DNA of 64,000 nt, taken from NCBI GenBank assembly GCA_002269645.1, contig NIVC01002471.1, positions 62,001-126,000 of the forward strand, in the 5' to 3' direction. The translations under genes were made by a program, and so were the position numbers. The notes below the pieces were generated by a model. That model saw nothing but the letters and a program-made list of their open reading frames with translations, was not told the DNA's origin and did not search any database. Positions 12,347-26,500 of this stretch are shown here, piece after piece. Position 1 is the stretch's first letter; each line of letters opens with the position of its first letter. This DNA is from Macrostomum lignano (lineage: Eukaryota).

Positions 12347-13443
12347 CACATCCGGTTACATGACTCTCAGACTCAGGCATAGGTTTACAGTCAGAAGCAC
12401 ATCCGGTTACATGACTCTCAGACTCAGACATAGGTTTACAGTCAGAAGCCACATCCGGTTACATGACTCTCAGACTCAGGCATAGGTTTACAGTCAGAAG
12501 CCACATCCGGTTACATGACTCTCAGACTCAGGCATAGGTTTACAGTCAGAAGCCACATCCGGTTACATGACTCTCAGACTCAGGCATAGGTTTACAGCCA
12601 GAAGCCACATCCGGTTACATGACTCTCAGACTCAGACATAGGTTTACAGTCAGAAGCCACATCCGGTTACATGACTCTCAGACTCAGGCATAGGTTTACA
12701 GTCAGAAGCCACATCCGGTTACATGACTCTCAGACTCAGGCATAGGTTTACAGCCAGAAGCCACATCCGGTTACACGACTCTCAGACTCAGGCATAGGTT
12801 TACAGCCAGAAGCCACATCCGGTTACATGACTCTCAGACTCAGGCATAGGTTTACAGCCAGAAGCCACATCCGGTTACATGACTCTCAGACTCAGGCATA
12901 GGTTTACAGCCAGAAGCCACATCCGGTTACATGACTCTCAGACTCAGGCATAGGTTTACAGCCAGAAGCCACATCCGGTTACACGACTCTCAGACTCAGG
13001 CATAGGTTTACAGCCAGAAGCCACATCCGGTTACATGACTCTCAGACTCAGGCATAGGTTTACAGCCAGAAGCCACATCCGGTTACATGACTCTCAGACT
13101 GAGGCATAGGTTTACAGCCAGAAGCCACATCCGGTTACATGACTCTCAGACTCAGGTGTAGGTTTACAGTCAGAAGCCACATCCGGTTACACGACTCTCA
13201 GACTCAGGCATAGGTTTACAGCCAGAAGCCACATCCGGTTACATGACTCTCAGACTCAGGCATAGGTTTACAGCCAGAAGCCACATCCGGTTACATGACT
13301 CTCAGACTGAGGCATAGGTTTACAGCCAGAAGCCACATCCGGTTACATGACTCTCAGACTGAGGCATAGGTTTACATCCAGAAGCCACATCCGGTTACAT
13401 GACTCTCAGACTCAGGTGTAGGTTTACAGCCAGAAGCCACATC
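12347..13443. repeat. Minisatellite, 52-bp unit, ~21 copies
   Basis: Unit GCCACATCCGGTTACATGACTCTCAGACTCAGGCATAGGTTTACAG(T/C)CAGAA; period read from starts at 12453 and 12505. Confidence 0.95.
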
Positions 13444-14407
13444 TTTGCATCCCCCGAAAACTCGCAAAAAAGTCCACAAAGGCTCATCGCACGCACCATG
13501 AGCAAAACAGTTTAGCCAAGCAAGAAAATCGATCAAGTTGATGCGTGCGCACACCTGCTTTGCGATCTCTAACTGCAGTAGAGCACTGCCAGTCACAAGT
13601 TTTGCTTGCACCGCACATTTGCCATCAAGTCGAAAAAGTTTTTTTTGCCTCAAAATGGGCTCCCTCCCGTCACCTACCCTTCTACGTGTAAAGCGTTACT
13701 GCGTACCTGCTGTTTCACTGCCACCTCTTTGCCGATATACCTTTGCCGACTCACTGATTATTCTCGTATTTTAGACATAATACAATACTCGATTTTATTG
13801 CTCGATGTTATTTTGTTTCAGTGACCAATTTCTCTCTCGCAATTTCTCAATGAGTTTTACATGAAAGCGAAATAGTGTTAAGCAAACAAAATATCGATAC
13901 TTAATGAGGTATATCCGTTACAATGCTGCGAGTTACCGAGTTAAAATCGTTAAATAAACAATAGAGTTCCCGTGGCAATATCAAAGCTTTGAAAATATTT
14001 TCTAAATATCGCTACAAGTGTACATGCTTACACTCTGAGCTCGAAGAGTTTCTGAATATTGTGATACCTGCTTTACTTGTTATCAAAAGGGGGGGGGTAA
14101 ATTATATTATACATTAATAAATCATTGCCGCCTGCACTCGAGAAGCGGCAATCATTTCCAGCTGCGACTGTCAAAGTAGCGAGTGAGAAATAAAACTGTT
14201 CTCATGCTGTTGCATCAATAAATCATGATTTGATTTTCACAAGCAAAAATTCCTAGAAAGCCACTCAGGTTGCGTGCGAATGCGAACCATTTTATGCATG
14301 CGGTCCCATCTCAGAGCTGCTTTGTGCAGTCTTTCACGCTTATGGGAATTCCGGGGACTGAGGGCTCTGTCCATGCAGCTGCAGCTACCGAAAGTCATCC
14401 TGCACCA

Positions 14408-14675
14408 GGACTGAGGCCTCTGCAAGCGAGGGCCCAGCTACAGCTCCGGTCAGTCACCCTGTGACGAGCCTGAGGGCTCTGCAAGCGAGGGCCCAGCTAC
14501 AGCTCCGGTCAGTCACCCTGTGACGAGACTGAGGGCTCTGCAAGCGAGGGCCCAGCTACAGCTCCGGTTAGTCACCCTGTGACGAGCCTGAGGGCTCTGC
14601 AAGCGAGGGCCCAGCTACAGCTCCGGTCAGTCACCCTGTGACGAGCCTGAGGGCTCTGCAAGCGAGGGCCCAGCC
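14408..14675. repeat. Minisatellite, 59-bp unit, ~4.5 copies
   Basis: Unit GAGGGCTCTGCAAGCGAGGGCCCAGCTACAGCTCCGGTCAGTCACCCTGTGACGAGCCT; starts at 14472, 14531 and 14590. Confidence 0.95.
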
Positions 14676-15226
14676 TACAGTGCCAGTAAGTTCCAGTAGT
14701 GCGTTTGACGAGATAATTGAACGAGTGTAAATATTTTTAGAGGTTGGAATTTTACTTACGCTTATTCAATTATACCTGATATGGGAAACACCTCAGAGTC
14801 GTCTATGAGCTGAAACCACTGCTCCACTCTGCTGAGAGAAACGCCTGCCCAGCCACGATCTCACCAAAAAATAACACTATTCTATTTATTCACGGTTTTG
14901 CATGCACAACTCAACCAAGCTAGAGCTGAGTTTGAATTTCGGCGCCGCGGACAGCAAAAACAGCAAAACTATCAAAAATGTCAACAAACTACGATTACGT
15001 ACTTAACTGCACTGCGCACTCGTCACTCTGTCTGCTTCTACTTGAGCAGCCAGTGAGCACCCCTGCACCGGCACTGACTTTGACCTTCATCTACTTTTAA
15101 ACTCATCGTTTATTCTTGGCTTCTGAGCCACTGTACTTCGCGTCCACTCTATCTGCTCGTCTTCTTAAAGGTTCTAAGAAATGAAGTAATAGGGTGAGTA
15201 GAAAAGTATTTGCTCTAAGTCTAATC

Positions 15227-15594
<368 letters not shown>

Positions 15595-16000
15595 TTGTAG
15601 ATAGACAGATAGGTGTAAAAGACGATTTAGTTTTGAAAGTTAACTGCAAAAGCATGCAATTAGCATGTTTCGCGCACTCCTTCTTATCTTCAGAGGAGAA
15701 TGCTCATTTTATTTTAGAATAGAACTTAGAAGCAATTCACTGCATCAGAAGCAACATTAAAGTTTTATAGGACAGTCAGGTTGCAGCACTTGTACTTATC
15801 TGGAAGGTGTCGCGCTAGCACTGCTTGTCAGGCGTGCGGTCAGACTGGGAAACCCGGACGGCTGGCACCTGCAACTGCAAGATGACGGGTTGTTTGCAAC
15901 AAGTGATCAACTGATTCGAGCTCGGAATCCTGACACTGGGCGCACCAGCATTGCTACTATGAGTAGAAAGTAGAGGAATCCCTAATTGTAAAATATGTAA

Positions 16001-17356
16001 CTAAATTATATATAACAGGCATTTTTTCCGTTGCAGATTGCAAAAAATGATTTGCCAAGCATCTGAACTCATCCACGAGTCCCGGCTGCGATTGAGCTCA
16101 CGCACCATTGCGCTGCGGTGCAGCGTCCTGTGCACCTGCAGAGTCCTGGCCTGGCAGAAGCCCTTGCCGCAGACGTCGCACTTGAACGGCTTGTCCTTGC
16201 AGTGAATGTACCGGTGGTCCCGCAGGTGGTCCTGCCGCCTGAAGGCTTTGCCGCAGATCTCGCAGGGAAACGGCCGCTCATCTGTGTGGGTTCGCTCGTG
16301 AATCAGCAGGTTGTAGGACTTGGTGAAGTGGCGCCTGCAGTACTTGCACACGTACTCCTTGCGGGCTCTGCGGGTGAAAGCCGCGGTGAGCAAATGGAGT
16401 TGCACAACAAAACTCTTTGTTTTTCTGCAAATTTTCGCTGGTTGCGGGACAATTTCGCCGAAGGCGTTGCGCCAGGGTGCCCACAGCTCTCCTGCTAATA
16501 TTCACAATTCAAAGAGCATTTAAAATTACGCTCGCAATGCTCTTAAATCACTACTAACAGTAGAGCTGCAAATTGTGCAGATTTTTTTGCACTTCAAGCA
16601 AACGGAGTGGCCCATCTACGCTTTTACTATCTATGACTACATTTGAATGAGGTGCATTAAGGGATATAAATATAACACCGCGAAAGATGCATGCTTCAAA
16701 AATATGCTGGACCCGTTGCTGGCAGGTGGCCAGGTGTGGCTGTAATTGCGAGGGGGATCCTTAGGGTTGTGTACAGCCTGTACAGTGTTGAGACGGTGGG
16801 GGTTGTACCATAGACTACTGAAGTTGAAGCTGACGCTACTCTCGATTTTCTTAGAAGTGAGAATTTTTCTTAGAATTTAGAAATGGTTTTGCCATATACT
16901 AAGTCGGAGAAAAATCTGACTGCTCAAGAGCACATGCAGTATACCAGCTATGCTCTCCGTTGGGTGTATTATACCAACTAACCTGCCAGGACCGCGGCCC
17001 CTCGTGACCCGGTGCAGCCGGGTGGCGTCCCGCTGCGGCCGCTGCGGCTGCGGTGGCCGCACCTGAGCCGAGGCCGATAGGCCGAGCCGAGAGGCGCCAG
17101 CGTCGGGCTCCAGGCAAGACTGGGCCAGGCGGCTGAAGTCGAAACGGGGGCCTCTCAATGCGGCTGGTGCGACTGCGAGACATTGCCTTGGCGACTTGAG
17201 CAAGCTCAGCCACTGGGTGAGCGGCAGGGATAGAGGCTCGAGTCCCGGGCTGTGGCGCGTTTGAATGAGATGCAGCTGCCAGTACTGCTGCAGGATCCAC
17301 TGCTGGTGCTGCTGGAGCTGCTGCTGGCTGGCTGCAGCTCGGGTGGCCGCTTCCAT
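16001..17356 (-). CDS. odd: Odd-skipped-related (odd/Osr) C2H2 zinc-finger transcription factor
   Basis: Exon 17356-16983 contains the Osr-type PRFDFSRLA motif. It splices (phase 2) to exon 16367-16001, encoding [81 protein letters not shown], the diagnostic Odd finger array. The C-terminal end is uncertain. Confidence 0.93.
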
Positions 17357-18161
17357 TTCAACTGAAAACCATGCACGACGAAAAGGCGGTGCGCGTCGAT
17401 GCGTGTTGGAATGACCCAGCCAGTAGTACGAGCTATATGGCCGGCCATTGGATTAGTTTTGACTTAACCTGACCTAAGAGTAACACCATAGATGAAGAAA
17501 TAAAAGCGATCGCTCCTCCGAATAAAGTATTTGGCCAGGAACTCGAAGGCCTCTTGGCCATAGATTTTTCAGATAAACGATCGCATTCCTTCATCTACAT
17601 GCAGAATTCCCTAAACGCTGTCCGTCTAATGGCCGTGAAGTCGGCTGAGAACTCATTTGGAATTGAAGGCAGTAATTTTTTAGGGCATCGCAATTATATT
17701 TCCATGGATTTCGCACCTGCTTGTCTTTCAACTGGCCCCCTGTTACCCGCCATCCGAAGTGCCCCCAGTTACTCACCCATGACCTCCGCCTGGTTTCCAC
17801 AGATTTCTGGCCCAGCTTGTGGGCAAAGCGGCTCCATGGCAGATGAAGATCAGTGTTGTAGATAGCGAGGAACAAGTGCTTATTCTTACCGCGCCTCGCT
17901 GTTAAAAGAGCAACAGTTGAGACGCGAAGTGGACTCGAGGGAGCCTACGGTTAATGTAAAGCGCCGGGGCACCGAAACTGCCACGCCATCAGCCAATAGG
18001 AAAACAGCCAGCGGAGAGAGGAACAATATTATTGGCTGCCAGCACTGCGGTCTTGTCTCGAATCCACTTTGAACCCAATTTGCATCACCAGAGCTTCAGA
18101 GGCCTGCTGACTAGTTTACAGTGAGATTTACAGTGTAGTGACAACCTGTAGACTCGTATTT

Positions 18162-18488
18162 GGGAGCACGAGAAATGCCCGCAGACGAATTGCCCGCCGA
18201 GTTTTTCCCGCCGAGGTTTGCCTGCAATGCCTTTTTTCCTACAGTGCATTTGGCAGCTGATTTCTGTCTGCAATGCCCCCCAGAAAAAAATATGCATTTG
18301 ATATGCAGTTACTATCAAAGCGTTTGATCGGGTAAATCTCTTTATTAAGACTTACTAAGCATTGGGGATTCAATGCAGACAAAATCTGCCGCGTTGCAGG
18401 AAAAAAGCATTGCTACCTCGGCGGGCAATTCGCTCGCGGGCAAATCTTGGCGGGCAATTCGTCTGCTGCGGGCAATTCTCATGGACCC
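18162..18488. mobile_element. Foldback MITE with long TIRs and a 9-bp target-site duplication (Mutator/Merlin-like)
   Basis: The left end GGGAGCACGAGAAATGCCCGCAGACGAATTGCCCGCC mirrors the right end GGCGGGCAATTCGTCTGCTGCGGGCAATTCTCATGGACCC. Flanks are CTCGTATTT (18153-18161) and CTCGTGTTT (18489-18497). Confidence 0.7.
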
Positions 18489-18559
18489 CTCGTGTTTGTG
18501 ATCTGCTAGAATTCACTCTGGCTTTGACCCCACATTGATGTCACAATGTGAAGCTTTTG

Positions 18560-18775
18560 CTTGAAAATTGGCCAACCGCCAAGGCACAGGTACAAGCCTG
18601 AGTGTACAAGCCTGACGATTAGAAGGCCAGGGCCGCTGTACACCCTCTGTGAGCGTGCATGAGTGCGCGCCTGCTTACAGTATTGGCGCGCTTGTGTGTG
18701 CTCAGGAGCCAGCGGAATGGGCAGAATTGGGCGGATTGTGGGACGATTTCGCCGAAGGGGTTGCGATAACCAGTT
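18560..18775 (+). mobile_element. SINE family B fragment
   Basis: GGCCAACCGCCAAGGCACAG...CAGGGCCGCTGTACACCCTCTGTGAGCG...GCTCAGGAGCCAGCGGAATGGGCAG is shared with 590-735 and 31490-31845 (rc). Its tail GGGACGATTTCGCCGAAGG is shared with 16445-16495. Confidence 0.6.
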
Positions 18776-21700
18776 AATTATAGCACCTGCGATTAGTTTA
18801 CGATTCAGAAACAACTCAACCACGTTTCAATTAAAAAAACTGCTTCGGTTTCTTTTAAGCAAATTGTTTTTTTTAACACTCCTGAATTATTAGGGAAATT
18901 CAAGCGACGCAGTAAGCACGAGCTGAAATAGAGGGGCATGCCACTGAGCCTTGACTTGCAGATAAATAATTATAATTGTATATTCCATTGAAGCTGGTGC
19001 CACCCGCGCTTCCTGTATCATGTTAGATTTGGTTTATCACCCCACAAATTTGCGCAGTTCTGAGCGCGCAGAGTGAGAAGGAGCCGTGAAGAAGAAGGGC
19101 CCACACCGAGGAGCAGAATTCATTTTCTTGTGTCATGGCGGCTGCAAACAAGAAGCCACCCGCTGAGCTGCGCAGAGATCTGCAGGACGAGCAGCAGCGT
19201 TACATGCAGAAGATCAGAGAGAAGGTTGCGCGGAGCAAGGGGCTGCAAAAAGCAAAATTCGCAAAAGAACTGTCGCGCCTTGTTTTTACGGAGACAGAAA
19301 AAGAAAATCATTGCTTGTCAGGACTTTTTTCTGCTACAGTAAATTAAGTGGCACTCTCCGGTAGGCACTCTGGCCATTGGCAGACTGAAAACTGAGAACC
19401 AGTTACCAGACGCGACCTGGCGGTGCATGGACTTCAGAGGCTGCGAGGCGTTTAGAGACTTAGTGGTCGGAGTTTTGTTTAGAATTTGCGGAACAACCCT
19501 GTACCCTGATGTTAGACAACTCGGACTCTGATGTTAAGCACCCCTGTACCCTGATGTTAGACACCCCTGTACCCTGATAGTCGACATCCCGCCCAACAAG
19601 GTGTCCTTGTCTAAGAAGACGCACCCGCGTAAGTAAGGCGCGCCCACCCAGTAAGGCGCACCTGTGTCAGAAGGCGCCTAGACAAGATAGATATTCTTCA
19701 CCTTCACTGCAATAGATGGCAGCAAATTTGGCCCCGAGTAAACAGCAAATGGGGTACGAGCAGTATGTATTTGTATTAATCAGGTCCATTTATTTGACAT
19801 CAAAGGGGCGCCCATTTGACTGTCAAAGAGAAATCACTGCGGGACAGGTGTCCCCATTCAATCAAATCACGCTGCCCCTCTCGTGTGGACGCGGTCAAGC
19901 CGAGAACTCTGCCGAATCTCCCATTCTTATTTCCAGTGCTCTCAGCGTCTCGCACATGCCAAACATCGGACCCGACTAACTTTTCGCCGACTTCCAGGGG
20001 GCTCTCATAAAAATTCCGCAACACTGCCAGCAAACAAAGACTTGGCAGCATCCACTTCAGGCCGCTTTCGCAAGCATCCTTAGTGGCGACAAGGAGGCAC
20101 GTGGATTCTGCAAAGCTGCTGGAAGTGGGGCTCCATCGCACAGTAAGCTGTGTGCAGGACAGTCTGACATGCGGGATGTCATTTTGATTTACGAAGAGAG
20201 ATAGATTGCCGAGGCACGGTGCCAAGAAGCTCAATAATATTGCTATTGAGCCAAAGAGCGTCTCTTATGAGCTGAGCTAATGGTCATGAGAGCTCTCTCA
20301 AGCTCAATTTCTGCGTCTCAGATCGTTCCAGCTGCCTACATCAGGGCTCTCTATAGAGCGCACTGTTTGCCAACCTGTGTGCGAGCTGAGATGCCTGTTT
20401 GCACAGGAGCCCCTCAGCCTGATCTCAAACTGCAGCCTCGGACACCAGGGCACACACACAATATCCTGTGTCTTGGACAACTCCATAAACAGATTTGCCC
20501 CATTCAAATCAAAAGCTTCCGTGTTGGCTTTGGGAGTAATCGAATTCTCTGCAAGGCTTGGTGGGGGGGGGGGTAGTTACACCGAGCTTAGTTAATCAAA
20601 TAACTTGCAAAGACGCCCAGCTGCTGAATTGAAGTCTCGCAGGTTTTGATTTCTGGTGTGAAATAAGCATTTTGGAGCACTTTTTATTAGGGTATGCTAA
20701 ATCTTAATAACAGCAGTTTCATCGCCAAGGCAATCACAAATGATAATTTATGAGCTACAGTTTTGGGATTTGAGCTAAAATTCATACTAATACACGAATA
20801 TAAATTAAGGCTAAAAAGTATTAATCCTCACAGAACTGACATGGCTACTTTTAGTAGTGCTTGAATGAAATGAGTTACCCGCGGCATGCTCTAAATAATT
20901 TTGAAGAGTATATATAATGTTGTTAGGTTAAGTTATTAACAAGTTGACCTGTTTCAGTACAACGCTCTGAGAATAGCCAAAAATCAAACCTAGCTTCCTT
21001 ACTATATAGTAGTATATAACCTGATCTTATATAGTAAGTAAACCAAACCAAATTTGTTCGAGAAAAACATTTAAAGACAAGATTAAAGGCTTTTAAGATA
21101 GCACAATGCCAGTAAAACAGAGCTTTACTTGAATCCAAATATATTAGTAATAAGTAATTTATAAGGTCTTCCATCGGTCGGGCTATGCAATTAATGCAAA
21201 CATGGCAGCCAAAAACTTGCTGAATTCCCTCGCATCAGCGCTCCCCCAAGACCGCAATCAGCAAGAAGCAGCAGAACACAACACGAATCTGTTTATAAAA
21301 AAAATTGAAAAAAGCAAGCCGCCACGCTGCCACAGTAGAAATATTGAGTGCAGTATTGCTACGCGTATTAAAAACTTGAATACATTTATTTGCTTATCGG
21401 ATTAGCGCGAGCTAAACTGATAAATTGATCGACGCGTGGCAAAATTTGCAAACAACAAAAGAGCCGGGGAGTTCAGGTCCCGGCATCTCGGATATTGGAC
21501 AACAAGAGTGCAAGTTTTGGTTTGCAGTGCGTGCGCTTAACATATTAATATAATTACTATTTCCAATAAAAACTCGTACTAAGTTACACACGCATAAAAA
21601 TTGAAGCAAACAAAGCACATGTGAAAATATAAGGATCAAGATATAGCTGTGCGCTCATGCACACGCGGGGCATGCACTCCGGACTTGTATAATGAATAGC

Positions 21701-22283
21701 AGGCATGAAAACAGTAACTAAAAAAATTCACAAGAGTGCCAATATTTGTTTAATATCTGTTTCGTACAGCTACTTTCAATCTTTAAAGAGTTAAATTACA
21801 AATTTCGCAGAGTAGGGCAGAATGAGGAGAAACTGCAGATAGAAGGAGGAAGTGGAGCCAAATCGGAAAGGCCTGCGCGCACAGGAAGGAGTTCCTCATA
21901 GCTAACAGATTAACACGAATCTGATTGACACAAACACGTTGCGCCCGGGCATTCCGATCCTGCAGCTCAATCCAAGCCAATCGGCAGTGTTAATTAAAAG
22001 AGTAACAAAAGAAATAGAAAAATCACACAGACAGAGAAACAGATTTGCTACTGTAGAGAGTTGAAGCGCACAAACAAAGGTAGCTAGTGGGGAGACACTA
22101 GCTGTCAATGCGCCAGTCGCGTGTACACAGCATCAGATAAAATTAACTTAACTGGATGTCCAAAGGCTAGCAACTGTCTCCACTATGCTATTTCATCAAT
22201 TTACATTTATGTAATTTCATAGCCAAAAATCTCAATATTTCATCTGGGTCAGCTAATGCCAACCCTATTCGTGGATTCCTGAT

Positions 22284-23222
22284 GCATCAGGCTTGGGGAA
22301 TCGGGGAACAGGTAATCCCAGCTCAATACAGTGCGCCATGCGCATCAGGCTTGGGGAATCGGGGAACAGGTAATCCCAGCTCAATACAGTGCCCCATGCG
22401 CATCAGGCTTGGGGAATCGGGGAACAGGTAATCCCAGCTCAATACAGTGCCCCATGCATCAGGCTTGAGGAATCGGGGAACAGGTAATCCCAGCTCAATA
22501 CAGTGCCCCATGCATCAGGCTTGAGGAATCGGGGAACAGGTAATCCCAGCTCAATACAGTGCCCCATGCATCAGGCTTGGGGAATCGGGGAACAGGTAAT
22601 CCCAGCTCAATACAGTGCCCCATGCGCATCAGGCTTGGGGAATCGGGGAACAGGTAATCCCAGCTCAATACAGTGAGTGCCCCATGCGCACCAGGCTTGG
22701 GGAATCGGGGAACAGGTAATCCCAGCTCAATACAGTGCCCCATGCGCATCAGGCTTGGGGAAACGGGGAACAGGTAATCCCAGCTCAATACAGTGCCCCA
22801 TGCGCATCAGGCTTGGGGAATCGGGGAACAGGTAATCCCAGCTCAATACAGTGCCCCATGCGCATCAGGCTTGGGGAATCGGGGAACAGGTAATCCCAGC
22901 TCAATACAGTGCCCCATGCGCATCAGGCTTGGGAATCGGGGAACAGGTAATCCCAGCTCAATACAGTGCCCCATGCATCAGGCTTGAGGAATCGGGAACA
23001 GGTAATCCCAGCTCAATACAGTGCCCCATGCATCAGGCTTGGGGAATCGGGGAACAGGTAATCCCAGCTCAATACAGTGCCCCATGCGCATCAGGCTTGG
23101 GGAATCGGGGAACAGGTAATCCCAGCTCAATACAGTGCCCCATGCGCACCAGGCTTGGGGAATCGGGGAACAGGTAATCCCAGCTCAATACAGTGCCCCA
23201 TGCGCATCACGCTTGGGGAATC
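22284..23222. repeat. Minisatellite, 56-58-bp unit, ~16 copies, just downstream of the CBP stop
   Basis: Unit GCATCAGGCTTGGGGAATCGGGGAACAGGTAATCCCAGCTCAATACAGTGCCCCATGC, with small indel variants. Confidence 0.95.
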
Positions 23223-23546
23223 AGGAGCTCCGACACAGAGACAGGGTCATCCAGCGCAGGAGCAAACTAAAGCAAGCATTTGAAACAGCAGAGAAAAGCC
23301 GCAAAGCATAAATCAGCAATATAATAGAGCAAGTAAACACGTTTATTCAATAAAAAAACAAGAATCGAGCTAATCAACTTACCTGTTAGATACAATTGAA
23401 GCTTTAGTGGGGCGGACGATAAGGTGCAAAGAGGCGACAAAGGGGACAACAGGGAGGAGCACAAGCTAAAATCGCAAATAAGAATACCAGTCCGCATCAC
23501 TTGGATAGCTCAGGCGCGTGTATGTACAACATCAGAGCAAACTGAA

Positions 23547-26500
23547 TCAGAGTTTATCAGCAAACTGTCCCAACCGCTCAGCCTGCACGTGAATCTGCTG
23601 CTGCGGATCCTGGACTGAAGGTGACTGTCCCATTAGAAGCTGCTCGCCAGGTGGCCTCTGCGCAATGCCAGGCATCCGTGCCATTTGCGGATAATAGGTT
23701 TGCTGCTGCTGCAGCGGCTGCTGCTGTTGCTGCTGGAAACGAACTTGAGGCTGAGGCTGCTGAGCCTGGACCACTTGCTGCTGCTGCTGTTGCTGCTGTT
23801 GCAATCGCCTCTGTTCGCTGGTGTGTAGTCGCTGCAAGAAAAAGTGAGGATCTCGGCGCATCATCTCAGCGTACTGCTTAGCACTGTCACGCTCCTGTTG
23901 GCTGCAGTTGGGATTGTTGATCTTCTGCATCACCTGTTAAAGTGCAGACAGAATGAGCCAATTGTGAGTCGTCAATTTGCTTGGAATTCAATAACGATAC
24001 GTTGGAAGCGAGCGGACCAGTTGATCACACAGCTCTACATACCCCAATATAGCATAAATTAAAACCTTTTAATTGACTATAAAGCAAATTAGTTTTACAA
24101 ATTTCAGAAAGCGACTTGCAGATAGTTGAGAAGGTTCTGGAAAAAACTCAATTTCCTTGTTAGCGTTGCCACTTCCTTAGTTGTCCTTAGTTGTGAATTG
24201 CTCTCCCCTCTGTTAGCTCTTTCTGTGTCTAGCTCTATCTGGTTCTCCTTATCTCTCCCTCGAGCGGACTGTTGATTGGCTTTTGACTTCCACCTCTTTC
24301 CTCAGTCGTGGCTCTATCACCCGCTTATCTGCACTTAACTCACCCTACCCCTAAATTGAATGCCGATAAATTCAATTGTCTTGGGCATGGTGGCTTCAGG
24401 TCTTAGATGCTCACAGTTCCAGTTGAGCACTCTCCATTCTAAAACACAAAAGCTTACCTGGCTCCAGACATTATCAAGCTTTGCCTGGTCCTGCGCACTC
24501 AGCGCAGGCCTGGGATAATTAGCCGGACTCGGTGCCTGGCCTGGCATTCTCGCTGCTCCAGTTAGCTGCTGTTGCTGCGGCTGGCCCTGAGGCTGGCCCT
24601 GCGGCTGCTGCATTGGCATTCGCTGCCCGGGCACGCTCGCCCACATCTGCTGAGCCGGCTGGCCAGCAGGCACTGTTGGAAATGGAAAATAGCCAATGCT
24701 AGTAAGTGCAAATTTAACACCCAGACTGAATGCTGAACTAATAACACACAGTGAAGCAAAGAGTCAGTTACCTGTGGCGTAGGACTGAGCAGGAAGCTGC
24801 TGCCGGATAACGGGCTGCGTGGCGTACACACTGGTTGGCGGCTGCTGCGATTGCTGCAGGTGAGTTGGCATAATCTGCAGAGGAATTTGAGGCGCTGGCT
24901 GGCTGACTGCGGGCACGCTGGTTTGAGGCTGCAAAACAAGCGATGAAGCGGTTGGCGCTGTCGAAGGTGGCGGACCTTGGCCTTTTCTTGTGATGTTCAT
25001 TCGGCGCCTCAGCATCTGCGCCTGATGCAGACGCTGCTGCAGCTGCTGTTGCTTCAAGCGCTGCTTGATGTTCTGACAGAATGGTACTGCACACTTGACC
25101 TGTGGAATTCGCGATTAGCAATGAACTGTGTAATAGTTTCACAATAGGAGTCATAGTTAGCAGGCACTTGCTCTCACAGAGTTAATTGTGGTCCTGACTT
25201 TCTCATTCTCAGGCATGTACAGTGCTTGGGAGGTTGAATGGCACTAAAAGCCACAGGCAAATTTCAGTGCACGTGCCCCAAACTAATGTGACCCCGCATG
25301 GAATCGAACCAGTGAAGCAAAAACTATTGCATTGGTTGCTTACCTCAGAACAGAACTTGGCATGGTAGCAGCAGAGAGCAATCAGCTGCTTGCAAAGAGA
25401 GCACGAATTGGAAGTCTTCTTTTGGCATACTTTTGTATGGTAAAGAACACGCTTCATCTTCATGCACGTCTGCTGGCAGCAATTGGCGTCCCGGCAGGTG
25501 CAAGCGTGCACGAGAGACTTGATGCACCGTTCGATGGAGACGCGGCGCGGCTCTGGCGAGTTGGCGTCCACCGCGCCGGGACCGTCGGCTTCAACCAGGA
25601 GGCCAGTTTTCTTCACCAGCTCATGCGGATGGTCATTGTTCTCCTGGTAGCACTTCTGGCACAGGTCGAAGTCGTCGCACTCGGTGCAGTGATAGCGAGT
25701 CTCAATCTGAGCCTGGCATTTGTTGCAGTTGAAGCAGAATGACTCCTTGCGGGCCTCGGAGTGCAACTCGTACAGCATAACCATAGTGGAGTACTTGGTG
25801 CGGCGAAGGCTAGAGAACTCCAGGTGCCGGTCCCGAGCCATTGACAGAAAGTTATCGCGACCGTCCTGGAGATCTAAATGAACCTCGGTGTCCGGGTCAT
25901 CGATGGGGCCAAGATTAGCAACAGATTGAGGACCGTGCAGGCGGATGGCGAAGAACACATCGCGATGGCGCTCAAGACCTGCGTGGTAATAATGGGACAA
26001 CAGTCATTCTCTAATTTAGACTAGAGTGTCATATTTCAAACTCAGCTGGCAACTGGATTTGCAAAAACCCCACGATTTATTCCCAAAAACTTACCTTCAT
26101 ACAGCTTCGATATGAGGTCGTCATGATCTGGCGAGGTGCCCGAAGTGGCCAAGTAACTGGACTTCTTGCGCTTTGATGTAGAAGTTATCTTGCTCTTTGC
26201 CTTGCGTTTGTTGTTGTTTTTAGAAGATTTCGGATTCTTTTTAGACGATTTGCTTCCGTCACCTCCCTCTTCTACATCATCATCGTCGTTGTCCATTTGC
26301 TGCTGCTCTTCCTCCATTTTCTTCTTCTGTTCGTCAAGTTCCTTGATAAGTTCCTCAAGTGAGCCAGGCCAAAAATCTCCCTCAAAGTAAGGCAGATCGG
26401 TCGGCGACACGATGGAGTTCTCCAGTGCATATGCCAGGATATCCTTGTAGTCAACTACAATCCTCTCAATCAAAGCCTTGTCCAACATTCGTCTGTACCA

